From Podospora anserina (taxonomy: Eukaryota): a stretch of DNA of 64,000 nt. The position numbers and the translations under genes are program-made. The DNA is taken from NCBI GenBank assembly GCA_017654855.1, contig CM030334.1, forward strand, positions 2,294,001 to 2,358,000, written 5' to 3'. This document shows positions 49,801 through 61,626 of the stretch, piece by piece; within the stretch, counting starts at the first letter, position 1; every line of letters begins with the position of its first letter. The notes under the pieces were generated by a model, which saw nothing but the letters and a program-made list of their open reading frames with translations, was not told the origin of the DNA and ran no database searches.

Positions 49801-52194
49801 TGAGAATCAAGGTTCGGGGAGCACAGTTGACCCATCCAGCTCGGGTGTCCATCCAGTGCCAGTGCCAGTGATCAGTCTCGCCGTCGACTACTCGGTCGCA
49901 ACTCGCAAGGTCGGTAGTTGGCCGACGAGGGGCGATCATATCCTAAAGTCAGCATGAACTGCCGTGACCTGGGTAGAGGTGGGAGGCTCCACGTGTCCCC
50001 GCAGTAAAAAAACGCTGCGGATGGCTGAAACGAATCCAGCCGACCCTCCATGTAGAGGAGGAGGGGGTGTGTGTGTGTGTGGACGGCGCGACAAGGTCTT
50101 GCGAAAAATCCCCCTGGAACCCGCAGTTCGGCGTTAAAGGAAAAGAACAGGCGAAGGATTGACAAACAGAAACCTGTTATCGTTTACGTTGGTGATGCTT
50201 GGCTTACCACAACATTACCACTCGTATGTGAAGTCTTGTCAATCTTCTCAGCTTCCAGAACAGATCTGCGGTCCAGGTTCGTCGCCTTGCCCAGGCTGCG
50301 CTAGCCTAGCGTGGAAAAACAAGCCTTTTTCCCCCTCGTCCGCAGACAGGGGAACACGTGCTATCGTGGCTCCGGAGCGCTGGATGCAATTTCGCTTGCG
50401 ATCCGGAACAGCGATCGATTGAGATGTCAAAAACGGCCAAAAAGATTTAATTCAGCTTCAAGATGTTTTCCACGAACAAGACGACAGAAAGCGACGACCT
50501 CTGGGAGTTGGGCGCTTGTGTGTTTGCGCGCGCCACGCCGGCGTCAAAGGGGTCGAGGAGGGTCATCCCCACCTTGCTCCGCAAAGGCGTGTTTCGAACT
50601 GGATCGGACGACAGCTGAGAGATATGGAGAAGACTCGTCATAGGATCCGGTGTTGCCAAGGACCGTGATAACACTGTATGGCTTGCTGCTTGCGTGCTTG
50701 AGTGCTTGCGTAATGCTGCGCTGGCAGAAGAAGAAGACAAGTCATTCTCATCAGAATTTTCAGGCCGCAATCCTCGAAAAAAGAGTGCCCTGTTCCTGCA
50801 GCAGCGAGCCATTTCCCCCTGGATAAAGAGTGCGAGAGTTTGCGTACCTGCATCCCCGCACTGCTTTCGATTGGGTGCGGTGCTGCTTTTTGCGGGTCCG
50901 GCTTTTCTGGTAAACCCACCGTGTTGGTCAGCCCAGCCGAGGGGGGGGCCGACGAGACTCCGACAGGCAACATGAAGACAATTGCCCCACTCGAGACCTC
51001 TTGCGACGAACAGCAGCAGCAGCACCTCCTCCATCACCCGCCCGACGATTCCAGCGATTCGTTTGGTTATTCTGCCCGCATCGGCCGAACCGGGACGACT
51101 CTCGGCCTAGACTCTTGGAAGATGTCGACTGATGGAGAAGGACATGAGGATGATGGAGAATTGACGGACGGACACTGACGTGAGCTGAATGGAGACGAGT
51201 GTTTCCTATCCGGCAGATGGCCCTTGCGTTGGGTGACTGTCCGAGCTCTCCATCCCTAGGAATGAGAAAACTCAAGGGGGGCTGGTGCCATCGACAGCTC
51301 GCCTCAACTGGGCCTCCGGAAGTGGTTGGGTTGCTGTGGCCGCATTTGATGGCTTCTCCAGGGCAGACTGTGGCGTCTTTTGAGATGCAGACTGTGCTGT
51401 GAGAGCCTATAGAGCCGCGGCGTGTCCACGAAAATGAATGCCACCAAGGAAAAAGTTGGCGCTGACGTTGTTTGTGATGTTTGTGATGATAGCTGTCAGT
51501 CTGTGATGGGCGGCGGACATGAAGAAGGCTGGCAACTTGTTCTCTAGGTGAGTATAATAAGTGAACTGGAGACTCCGACTTTGCCTCGTGGGATGAGAGC
51601 CCACATGCTTCCCTCACCTTCAACCTGAAATCAATAGGAGCAATCAAAGTTCCCGACTTTGTGGCCCAGTCTGCCGTCTCATTAGTCTGAGTGGGGCACA
51701 CAACAAACACCCACACCTCGCCAGAGCAACCACACCCCCCCTTCAGCTTGCCGAGCTCGCACAAATATTCTCTCAATTCACACCCTCCTCTTCTCACCTG
51801 GCTCCTGTTCCTGGATCTGTGCCCTGTGCCTGGATTACCCCTGCCTTCTAGGTTCCCGCCCTCCACTGCCAAAAACGAACACTCTTTTAAAACACCACAA
51901 CCCCCCACCGCTCGCACTCTCTTTCCCTCTCGTCTCTCAACCTACCGGTCACGGGCCTTTCCATTCCTTTCCACTGCATTTGGGTCGCTAGTTTCGACTG
52001 TCGTACATTTGATCTTTTTTCTCGATCACGACACCGTCACCTCGCATCACTCCTTCTGCGTCTTTGACAGACAGCGACATTCATTCCTTTCACGAACAGG
52101 CCCATCCTTCGACCACCCAGCCGATCACCTACAGTTTTATACCCATCCATCACCACCTCTAGCATTGGCTTATTTTCACCCTCAGCAAAGCAAA

Positions 52195-53427
52195 ATGCAT
52201 TTCACCACTGTTCTCGCGCTGGCCGCCGCTGGCCTCGCTGGCCAGGCTGCTGCCGGCCCTCACCTCAACCACCAGCATGGCGTTAGACATGTTCACGAGA
52301 AGCGTGCCCTTGTGACTGAGCTCGTCACCGTCACCAACTGGGTCACCGTCACCGTCACTGGTCACTCGCCTACCGGTCGTCGCCAGCACTACACCAACAC
52401 TCGCAAAGCCAAGAAGGTCAAGCCTACTCCTTCCAGCCAGGCCGCTCCTGCCCCGCCTCCTCCTCCTCCCGCGTCTGTTGCACCTGCCCCGGAGCCGACC
52501 ACAGTCATCACTCGTGTTCGCCCTGCTGACCCTGAGCCCACTCCCGCTCCGGCCGAGCCCCCCAAGAGCGAGCCCGCGCCTCCTCCCCCGGCTCCTGTTG
52601 TTGTCTCCAGCCAGGCCCCCGCGGTGGTCGTAAAGCCAGAGCCAGTTCCCAATCCCGCTCCTGCTCCTGCCCCGGCCCCGGCCCCGGCTCCAGCTCCAGC
52701 TCCCGCGCCCAAGGGACAGAGACTTGGAGCAGGCTTGGCCTACAATAACCCTAACTTGTTAAAAACCTTGCTCGGATCTGGCACCAAGATTGGCTGGACC
52801 TACAACTGGGGTCAGCGCGATGACTCTGGCACTGGCCTTCCCTTCATCCCCACACTCTGGGGTCTCAAGCTGGATTTTGCTCAGGTCTGGCCTGCCAATG
52901 CCCAGAGAGCCATCGACGCTGGCTCGCCGTGCCTTTTCAGCTTCAACGAGCCCGATCACGGAACCCAGGCTAACCTCTCCCCCGAGGTTGCCGCTGCCAA
53001 GCACAAGGAGCTCATGAACCCGTTCCAGGGCAAGGCGCGCATTGGTTCACCTTCCATCACCAACGGCGGTGGCCCCGACATGGGCATCGAGTGGATGAAG
53101 AGGTTCTTCGCTGCCTGCAACGGCGGGTGCGCCGTCGACTTTGTCAACATTCACATTTACGGTTTCAGCACTGAGCAATTCTTGGACCACCTCGTCAAAG
53201 TGAACGAGCTGTTCAAGAAGCCCGTGTGGATCACCGAGTTTGGATTTAATGGATCCGACGACGAGATCGCCCAGCAGCTCAAGACCGTCATTGACGCCAT
53301 TGACAACGACCCCAAGTATGCCTTTGTCGAGGCCTACTCTTACTTTATGGTTGAGGAGGGCATCCTGGTCAAGGGCAACCAGCCCAGTCGCTATGGTAGG
53401 ACTTTTGCCTATGGCGGGGCCAACTAA
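52195..53427 (+). CDS. Secreted GH128-family beta-1,3-glucanase-like protein (Asl1-like) with a Pro/Ala-rich linker
   Basis: Signal peptide MHFTTVLALAAAGLAGQAAA, His-rich propeptide ending in KR, (PA)n linker, then WTYNWG, FIPTLWG, FNEPD, HIY and PVWITEFG catalytic motifs. Confidence 0.9.
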   Translation: MHFTTVLALAAAGLAGQAAAGPHLNHQHGVRHVHEKRALVTELVTVTNWVTVTVTGHSPTGRRQHYTNTRKAKKVKPTPSSQAAPAPPPPPPASVAPAPEPTTVITRVRPADPEPTPAPAEPPKSEPAPPPPAPVVVSSQAPAVVVKPEPVPNPAPAPAPAPAPAPAPAPAPKGQRLGAGLAYNNPNLLKTLLGSGTKIGWTYNWGQRDDSGTGLPFIPTLWGLKLDFAQVWPANAQRAIDAGSPCLFSFNEPDHGTQANLSPEVAAAKHKELMNPFQGKARIGSPSITNGGGPDMGIEWMKRFFAACNGGCAVDFVNIHIYGFSTEQFLDHLVKVNELFKKPVWITEFGFNGSDDEIAQQLKTVIDAIDNDPKYAFVEAYSYFMVEEGILVKGNQPSRYGRTFAYGGAN

Positions 53428-55852
53428 AGGATTTCAAAATCGAAAATTTCTCGGGATATGAGAAGAAAAGGAAGAGTTAACGACATCTTGTTTTTTTTCG
53501 ATTCATGGACAAAGTTTAGGGTTGTTTTCGGGGGGGGGGATCTTTTTCTTTTTCTTTTTTCTCGAGCCAGGATTCTTCGCTTCTGTTATATGTGTCTTGT
53601 TTTTCTTCTCCAACCTTGCAGGATATTTTCCAGGCTAGTTGGTCCCAAGGGCAATTATTCTTTCGGGTTTGAGGGGGGCAAGCAGCATGGACACACGTTG
53701 CCATGTTTGGCTTTTTTTTCTTTTTTTCCGGGAGGAAATCTTTCGATTTGTACATATTCGATTCTTTTTTTCTTCTTCTTGTTTTTATGCTTTTTTCTCT
53801 TTCAAAGGGAATGCAGTTATGAAAAGATTATGTGTATGGAAATGGTATGGGGTCAACAACAAGACAAATGGGATACACTGGGATACAGGTTATGGGATCT
53901 TGACGGAAGAGGCATTTCTGGGAAGCGTAAAAAGCTGGAAATGGGGACGGACGGACGGACATGAGACAAGATGGTAGATAGATTCATGACGATCGCTTAT
54001 GGCCCTTTTGCTCTGAGAATATGTGGGAATACAAACGCGCCGATTCATATCATTACATGTGCGCTTGTGAATGTGTGAGCTGTGATATGAAAGTGTCTTG
54101 GAATATGACAAAGACGTGATGTTCAAAACAAAGTAAAGGGGGGGAAGTTTGGTTGTGGTGGGTGGGTAGGTATTGTGGAAATTTGGGGGAGCATACCTAC
54201 CTACCTGGATACCTATGTAGTACTGGTGGAAGTGATGGGTGGCTGCGTGAAGTGGTTTTCTTCCGTCGGGACGGACGGGTGCGGATGTTAACATAAACTT
54301 GGGGTTGAGTCGGTTGCCGGGGGATTTGTTCATCTTGAAGAAGGGCAGAGACGTGGAACTGGGGTCATCTTATTGCGGGAAGGGGAAGGTGGGGGGGCGC
54401 TTGAGCCGGGGATGGGGGGCCATGGCTCGTTTGCTTCGCTGTTGGTAGAGAAGATAAGACGGGGTCCCGGGAGATTTGTGGGAAGAGAAGTTTTTAGAGT
54501 AAGTAGGGGGGGGGAGGAAACCAGAATTGACGGTCACTCATGAGTGTGGGATTGGGACATGCAACAGCTGTTGGGCTGTGGGGGCAAAGTACCTAACCTA
54601 GAGGTACCTACCTCTCGAGCTGGGTTTCCCCGCGGGCTCGCTTCGACGGAGGTGAGTAGTCCTGGAAAGTAGTGACAGCCAGCCGTTGGGGGCTAGAAGA
54701 AAGGGTAACAGAGTTGACAGCTCATGATGGCGGCTAGGGGTTGGGTATCTGTGATTGCTGGACGATTGGGGAACTAAACTTTTCCACGGGGTTGAGAGGG
54801 GAAGAGGAAGCCGTTGACTGCCTAGTTGCAAAAGTTTCTGGGTTGGCTGATTCATCTGGACCGTTAGACTATGGGGGCAAAGCTTCCAGAGTTGGCTACT
54901 CATGATGGCGGCGGCTCGGGGGAACAATATATCTGTGATTGTTAGACTACGGGCAAAAGTCCCCGTCACCAAACCATGCTTCCTGCTTTTAACGGCGCCG
55001 GTTCTTCGTGAAAATTTGAAAGGAAAATTCCATAGCTTCGGAGCTGGCTAATTCATGTAGAGAGGACTGCTGCACCCCTTAGACTGCGGGAAAATTATTG
55101 GCTGGCTGGCTGGCCGGCCTTGAGAAGAGAGACGCTACCAAAGGGCGGGCGGACACAGAATTGACTAGGTATGTCAGTCAAAAGAGAAACTAGGAATGAC
55201 CGGCTCAAGATCAATGACTTCATTCAGGGGGTCTTTTCCCAATCTGGGCTGACATTTTCATGTTGGAAATTCGGAAGAACATGACAAGATGCTCTGTTAA
55301 CTCGACTTGCAGGGCGACCGAGGTGACTTTTCCACTACTCAAACCATGGACTGCTAAACTGTTGACCCAGCCTCGAGGCTTGGATTAGACAAAATACGTA
55401 ATTCGTTGTAGGCTCACGGTGTGAGAGGAAAAGCAAGTATTAAGACCTGTTCTCAATCTCAACATTGAGACCCCAATCCAACACCCTCGCCTTAGTCATC
55501 TTTCCTCTACAAGACCCGCATCGGTTCTCAGAGAACATTCCCACCATCCAGCTGGACCCCAGACGTAGGGGCGACGTTATTCTTGACATCCCGCTTTATC
55601 TCGAATGCCAACCACCCAAATGGCGAAATAACCTGACCGATTGGGTGATTCCACAACTACAGCTCCGAAGTTCGCTAACCCGCGGCACAGGCATCCAAAA
55701 CGACGAGTTCAAGTTAAAGAGACATCAAGAATACCATCGCACCTACAATCTACGATCCGGTTCTACAACCACCACCTCTTCTCCCCCGTCCTTCCTAACT
55801 TCCACTTCCTAACCAATCTCACAAACAGTATCAAGGTGGTGTAATGTCCCCC

Positions 55853-57017
55853 CTACCCCCCAACCAACCCTCTTACCTCCCCCACCCACCTCTCCCATTT
55901 CCTCTCATTCTCTTCCCTCTCCCCCCTCCACTCCCTCACCCTCTCCCCCACCCCAAGATCCCCCCTCATATGCTCCCCCTTAGTCGTCCCATCCAAAACC
56001 CGCACCCCCATCCCCACCATCACAACCGCCAACCAAGCCTCCTCCAAACTTCCCAGTCCCAATCCCTCCTTCACCTCCCTCACCACCTTGGCATGCCTCC
56101 AAACATCCACATTACCAGTCAAAACCCAAAACCCTTGATACACCGCCCCATTCCCTTTGCACCATCTCCTCGTTTCAATATCCCAGTTGTACATGCCCGC
56201 TGTAAACCTGTTTTGTATCAGACTTACTCTTGGGAGAGAAGAGTTCAGGTCGAGAAACTCGTCAAAGATATCGAGGAAATCCGGGGGAACGTTGGAGTAG
56301 CCTAGGTGGCGGATTTGATTGGGGAGGTAAGAAGTGAGATGGGTCCAGGCGGTGATGTTTTCAGGGAGGGTTTCAAAAGGGGAGTGGAGGATTAAGGCGT
56401 CGAGGTAGGGGGGTTGGTGATCCGGGGTGGAGAGGTTGGATAGGGAGGAGGCTATCGAGGTTGTGAGGGAGGTTGTGAGCGGGTTGGTGGAGGTGTAGTG
56501 GGTGGAGGGGGAGGGGGTGTATTTGGTTTGTATCTATGAGTGGTTAGTTTGGTTGCTTAAAGAGGGTGGGGGGAATGGTGGGATGATTGGGGTAGAGGAT
56601 AGGGGATAGGTTGGGTGGTGGGATGAGGAGGATAGGGGATGATGGTGGATGATGGTGGATGATGATGGATGATGGTGGATGATGGTGGATGATGGTGGAA
56701 TGATGGTGGAATGATGGTTGTAGGAGATGGGTGGTCGACTAATGGGCCAGCAGGGGGATAAGGGCACAAGTCAAGGGGTGAGGTGGAATTACCCAGAGAT
56801 CATTCCTGCTGACGATGCCTTCAGATATCGCCCTTCGAATACCCTCGCCGACGAGGGCCTCGTCGTAATGCCGTTTCATGGCCGCTGTATCGATTCCCCG
56901 GAAGCCGGCTTTGATTGCTTCATAGACGAGGTCGGCGGTGCGGTCTTTTTTCCAGGCTGTGCCGTAGATGAGGGATGGCATTTTGGGGAGGGATGGGGGC
57001 GGTTCTGAGGTGGACAT
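55853..57017 (-). CDS. Aldo/keto reductase; exons 57017 (or 57137)-56793, 56533-55853
   Basis: MPSLIYGTAWKK, AIKAGFRGIDTAAMKRHYDEALVGEGI, RNDLW/IQTKYT, YLDALILHSP, LIQNRF, YQGFWVLTGN and VLDGTTKGEHMRGDL. Confidence 0.9.
56638..56717. repeat. Imperfect 10-11 bp tandem repeat (GATGGTGGAT)n inside the AKR intron
   Basis: About 8 units visible directly; it expands the intron to ~260 nt. Confidence 0.9.
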
Positions 57018-57761
57018 GGTGGCCAGGGTTCTTGGGTGACGGTGAATGGGAAAGCTATGAAGTGGCGGGACGAAACGGTTGGGTGTCAGAAGGGTTGGTG
57101 GTTTGAGGCTTGAAAATGATGATTTTGTCGGAAACATGTCTTTTTCACTGTGTGTCTTTGAATGGGAAGTTGTGAAGATCTCAGGACGGGAAGGTACAAC
57201 TCAATTGATTGGTCAAAGCTGAGTGGTGAGGGGAAGCTGTTGACAGGTTTATATCGAGCTTTTCGAGATAAATTTTTGACAAGACAGTGTCCATACGCTT
57301 TCGACCTATAGCTTCCCTTTCCATATCGATTTCTTCAACTTCATCGTCCGCAAAAAAAATGTTCTGTTGAATAAGTCAAGAATGACGTCGTCTAGGCTTT
57401 TGATGCACCTTCGCCAATCGGGAGCCGGGAGCTTTCTGTCCGCCATGTCTGCTGGGATCATCCTGGGCACGGGAATGGGCGGAATTCAATTGGCTAAAGA
57501 AGCTGTGGTGGATCCCTACCCACCTGGGAGAGCTTCCTCAGTGCGGGACAGGTGCCGCAGTTTTGGGTGCGTGTTTCGGCGATTTACCCGTCAGCGCCGT
57601 CGCTGCCCCGCCATGAGGATGGAGGGGAAGATGGCGCGAGGTTGGACACGCCGGCTACGGGCTTTGCTTCAAAAGGACTTCAAGCCAGCGTGGTTTCTTT
57701 TCTCTTTGTCGTCTGTGTCTGTATTCACTTGTCAAAGCTTCATTGGCATCACCAGCGCACC

Positions 57762-59058
57762 ATGTCGTCTCCGTATACTGTGAGGTGGGGTATTCTGGCC
57801 ACCGGCTGGATTGCTGAGAGTGAGTGCCTGCTGCCCCTTTTAATTTTGAACCTTGGTAAACGGCATGACTAAAACGCTCTTCTAGCCTTCACCAAGGATC
57901 TCCTCACTAACCCAGCTTCCCGTGATGTCCATGATGTGCGCCATCAGGTCGTTGCCGTGTCCTCGTCCAGCTCCAAGGAGAAAGCTGCCGAGTTCATCAA
58001 GAAGGTGGATGCTCCCAGCTCAGCAAAGGCCTATGGTTCTTACCATGAGCTGGTAGCTGACCCCGATGTCGATATCATCTATGTTGCTACACCACACAGC
58101 CACCACTTCCAAAACGCCATGCTTGCCCTCGATGCTGGCAAGAATGTGCTCTGCGAGAAGTCCTTGACTGTGACTGCTGCCCAGACCCGCAAGCTCATCG
58201 AGACTGCTCGCTCCAAGAACCTCTTCTTCATGGAGGCTGTGTGGACTCGCTACTTCCCCCTGAGCATCAAGGTCAGGGAGTTGATCACATCCGGTGCCAT
58301 CGGCAACGTGTACCGTACTATTGGTTAGTTTGGTCCTACCAATTGTTTAGAAGAATGCCGTACTGACTTCCCATGCAGCCGACCTCTCTGTTGGCCGTGA
58401 TGCCCCCGAGGGCAAGATTGACTTCCCCGATGAGAACCGCATGGTCAACGCCGACTTGGCCGGCGGTGCTCTCTTGGATCTTGGCATTTACGCCTTGACT
58501 TGGGTCTTCCAGTCTCTGTACCACACCCAGCCTGAAGCAGAGAAGGAAGCGCCCAATGTCATCGCTGCCGTCAACAAGTACCACACTGGTGCTGATGAGA
58601 CCACCAGCATCATCCTCCAGTTCCCCAAGCACAAGAGCCACGGTATCGCTCTGACCTCTCTTCGGGTGGCCTCTGAACCTGACAACAAGGACACCGCCGG
58701 TGCCTCCATCCGCATCCAGGGCGGCCTTGGTGAAATTCAGGTCGTTGGGCCTGCCTACCGCCCACGTCAGCTGAGAGTCATCACCAAGGAGAGCGATGGC
58801 AAGGCCGAGGTCATTGACTTTGCCATCCCCAAGGACAAGGAGCGTAACTGGGGCCACGGCATGTTCTGGGAAGCTGACGAGGCCGCCCGCTGCCTGCGTG
58901 ACGGGCAGAAGGAGAGCAAGACTCTGCCATGGAGCGAGAGCATTGTCATCATGGAGGTCATGGACGAAACCCTGAAGCAGGGCGGTGTGACATACCCCGA
59001 GTTGATTTCGACTGACGTCTTTGACCCCCAAAGTCCTCTCAACACTGGAAAGAGGTAA
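57762..59058 (+). CDS. Gfo/Idh/MocA oxidoreductase (dihydrodiol/D-xylose 1-dehydrogenase-like); exons 57762-57819, 57886-58323, 58379-59058
   Basis: VRWGILATGWIA, DVDIIYVATPHSHH, KNVLCEKS, FMEAVWTRYFP and AGGALLDLGIY. Confidence 0.92.
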
Positions 59059-60573
59059 AACCCCAAGAAAGAGATTGGGGGTTGGGCTGGTATCTCTGCT
59101 TTGTGCCTGAACTCACAGCCTTGCTGCTGGCGCATTCTGGCGTCGGGCAGGCTTGTGGTAGGTCGTACGGAAAGCTGTTGGGACTAGAGACTCGGCATTA
59201 GGTCTTTGTCATTCACCCCACGACGCGAGGCTATGATGCCCAAGGATGGCATACAGAAAAGGGATGGGGGGACGCGGGATTTGGGCTCGGAAAATTTAGC
59301 CCGAGCCTAGCGCAGCTGGGTTTGGTTTATCTACCAACGAGAGGTCTGTGTAGTCCAAATGTACCTTTTACCAATTCACCCCTTGCCGTCTTTTTTCTGT
59401 GAAATATCGGTCAGGTCGTCAAGAAGGGTCATCGGGGCCATGACGATCGCCAAGGCCATAAATTGGGCCCATAACCCTGGTTTTCGGGTTAGGGTATTGT
59501 GCCGTGTTAGGTACGAATGGACGCTTCGTCACCGCAAGTGCTGTTGCATCATCCACAACGGCACGACTGGCTGGTGATGAAGAACTTGTATGACGGAGAT
59601 GCAGATCTGAGACATATTTGTAGACTCTAGTCCATGTATGGTATGTTCTTTGGGAAAGGGGAGCTGTTGCCCGATAGCATCAATGCTCAGCCGATAACCG
59701 ATAACAGCCCCACCAAGGTAAGGCCCATGTTCCCTCCCCTCTCTCTTCGGTGTCCCCAACCTTAACCCAACCACCAACCAAACATATCACCCACACACAC
59801 ACACACACGACCACACACAGGGGACCAGCTCCGAACCACGGCTACACCGTCCCGACTTGGGGAATCCGCATGTGCGCAAAGCTGCATAACGCGACCGAGT
59901 AATTGACCGTCCAACAAGGTGTGTGTCATCTCTCCGTCTTCTCCATCTCCATCTCTGAGTTGGTTTCCGTTCTTGTCAGGTTCTTCACCGTTCATGTTCT
60001 TCAGCCCTGTGTAGGCCTTGTTGTACACCTCTGCTAAGTAGGTACGTGTACAAGCCATCTCACAGTTCGTTCCTTGTCCTGCCCCGGTCGTGCAGCTATA
60101 CCCCTCCAGTTGGCAGCAATGTCGTAGCTGGTTCCTTCGCCCTCAGCCTAGGACTGCACCGAGTGTCGGTCGGTCGCCAATGGCGTCTGTCTTGGCCCTG
60201 TTCGTCCCTGTCGCTTCTGCATCTTCAAATGCCTTGGGTTTACTGCAATCTGCACTGCATCCATGCCGCCACATCACGATCCCCCTCCCCAGGTCCCGCT
60301 ACCTTGCCCGCTGACCCCCCCGGAACAGGCGGTCAAGGATATCAATCGCTGGGCCAAGAGCCGCGACAAGAATCGAAAAAAGCTTTTCCATCTCCCTAGG
60401 GCTGTGGTGTGTGTGAAAAATCTCTGCGGCCTGACCTGACTGAGAAGCAGGACACTCGGTCAGCGTGCCGCGCGAAGCCCGAGTTGGGCCCAGGACCAAC
60501 GAGATCAACAAGTCTCACCTTGTTGTTGCCCGATCCAGCACTATTCCAAAGTCTCTCGGTGTAACCCGAACCC

Positions 60574-61626
60574 ATGATGGCTTCGACACATACCCCCTCA
60601 GCCCTGCCGTCTGACTCTGTGGCCGGTGACGTCGCCAAGCTGGCCGCCGCCGCCGCCGCTTCTCAGGCAGCAGAATCGGCAGAAGCAGAGGCCTACGAAA
60701 AGACGCATGTTCACGGTGTGTATGAAGCCATCGCCCCGCACTTTTCGGCGACACGCTACAAGCCCTGGCCTGCCGTGGCATCGTTTCTGCAGTCGCGGCC
60801 TCCGGGAGCGGTGGGTCTCGATGTTGGCTGTGGCAATGGCAAGTACCTGGGCCTAAACCCATCCGTGTACATGGTCGGCTCGGATCGTAGTGCTTCGCTT
60901 GTTGCGCTTGCCCACAGCCGTGGGAGGCAGCTCCAGGAACAGCAGGCCCAGGAGGCGAAGAAGCGGATCGCTCAAGGTGAGCTGGACGCAACAACAGGAA
61001 CAGGCGGGGAGTCGAGTGGAGCTGCCATCGCCACAGAGGTGCTTGTAGCTGATGGACTCTCACTCCCCTTCCGCGAACGCGCTGCGGATTTCGTCATCTG
61101 TATCGCCGTTATCCACCACATGTCGACAAGAACAAGGCGTCAAGAGGCGATCCGTCACCTCCTGCGATGTGTCAGGACCGGACAGGCTGGCCAGCCCGGT
61201 GGTCAAATCTTGGTGTACGTATGGGCTCTCGAACAGGGCAACAGCCGGCGCGGATGGGACGAAGGGGGTGAGCAAGATCTGCTAGTGCCCTGGGTGCTCA
61301 AGAGTCAGCAAAAACAGCCCAAGCGACTGAAACAACGCAAAGGACAGAAACGGACTCGGGACCAAGATTCCAGTGGTGTTGCTGCCAGTAATAATAGCGG
61401 TGAGGCTCCACCATCTGAGGCTACTGCCGGTGCAACTACTGCGGCCACGGAACCAGACCCGGGCCACACCGACCCCGTCTTCAAGCGCTATTATCATCTC
61501 TACCGCAAAGGTGAGCTGGAGGAGGATGTATTGGCTGCCGGGGGCGCAGTCATCACCAGCGGTTACGAAAGAGACAACTGGTGGGTGGTGGCTGCCAATG
61601 AGCCCCTCCCGTCACAGTCAACATGA
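60574..61626 (+). CDS. TRM9: tRNA wobble-uridine (mcm5U34) methyltransferase
   Basis: EKTHVHGVYEAIAPHFSATRYKPWP, LDVGCGNGKY, ICIAVIHHMST, YVWALEQ, RYYHLYRKGELE and GYERDNWW. Confidence 0.94.
   Translation: MMASTHTPSALPSDSVAGDVAKLAAAAAASQAAESAEAEAYEKTHVHGVYEAIAPHFSATRYKPWPAVASFLQSRPPGAVGLDVGCGNGKYLGLNPSVYMVGSDRSASLVALAHSRGRQLQEQQAQEAKKRIAQGELDATTGTGGESSGAAIATEVLVADGLSLPFRERAADFVICIAVIHHMSTRTRRQEAIRHLLRCVRTGQAGQPGGQILVYVWALEQGNSRRGWDEGGEQDLLVPWVLKSQQKQPKRLKQRKGQKRTRDQDSSGVAASNNSGEAPPSEATAGATTAATEPDPGHTDPVFKRYYHLYRKGELEEDVLAAGGAVITSGYERDNWWVVAANEPLPSQST

Noticed and set aside
50447..51917. 196-aa and 329-aa minus-strand ORFs upstream of GH128
   Set aside because: No recognisable domain and random-looking composition; likely promoter or leader sequence.
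51691..52194. Non-ATG N-terminal extensions of GH128 (and similarly of PFK-2 and the 8.7-10.9 kb gene)
   Set aside because: Pyrimidine-rich leaders are naturally stop-poor, and an extension would bury the GH128 signal peptide.
36053..61626. Apparent tRNA-metabolism cluster (tRNA-Gly, TAD3, TRM9, plus GatC/F)
   Set aside because: The genes are spread over tens of kb among unrelated genes, and tRNA-Gly(TCC) is not a Tad2/3 substrate; likely coincidence.
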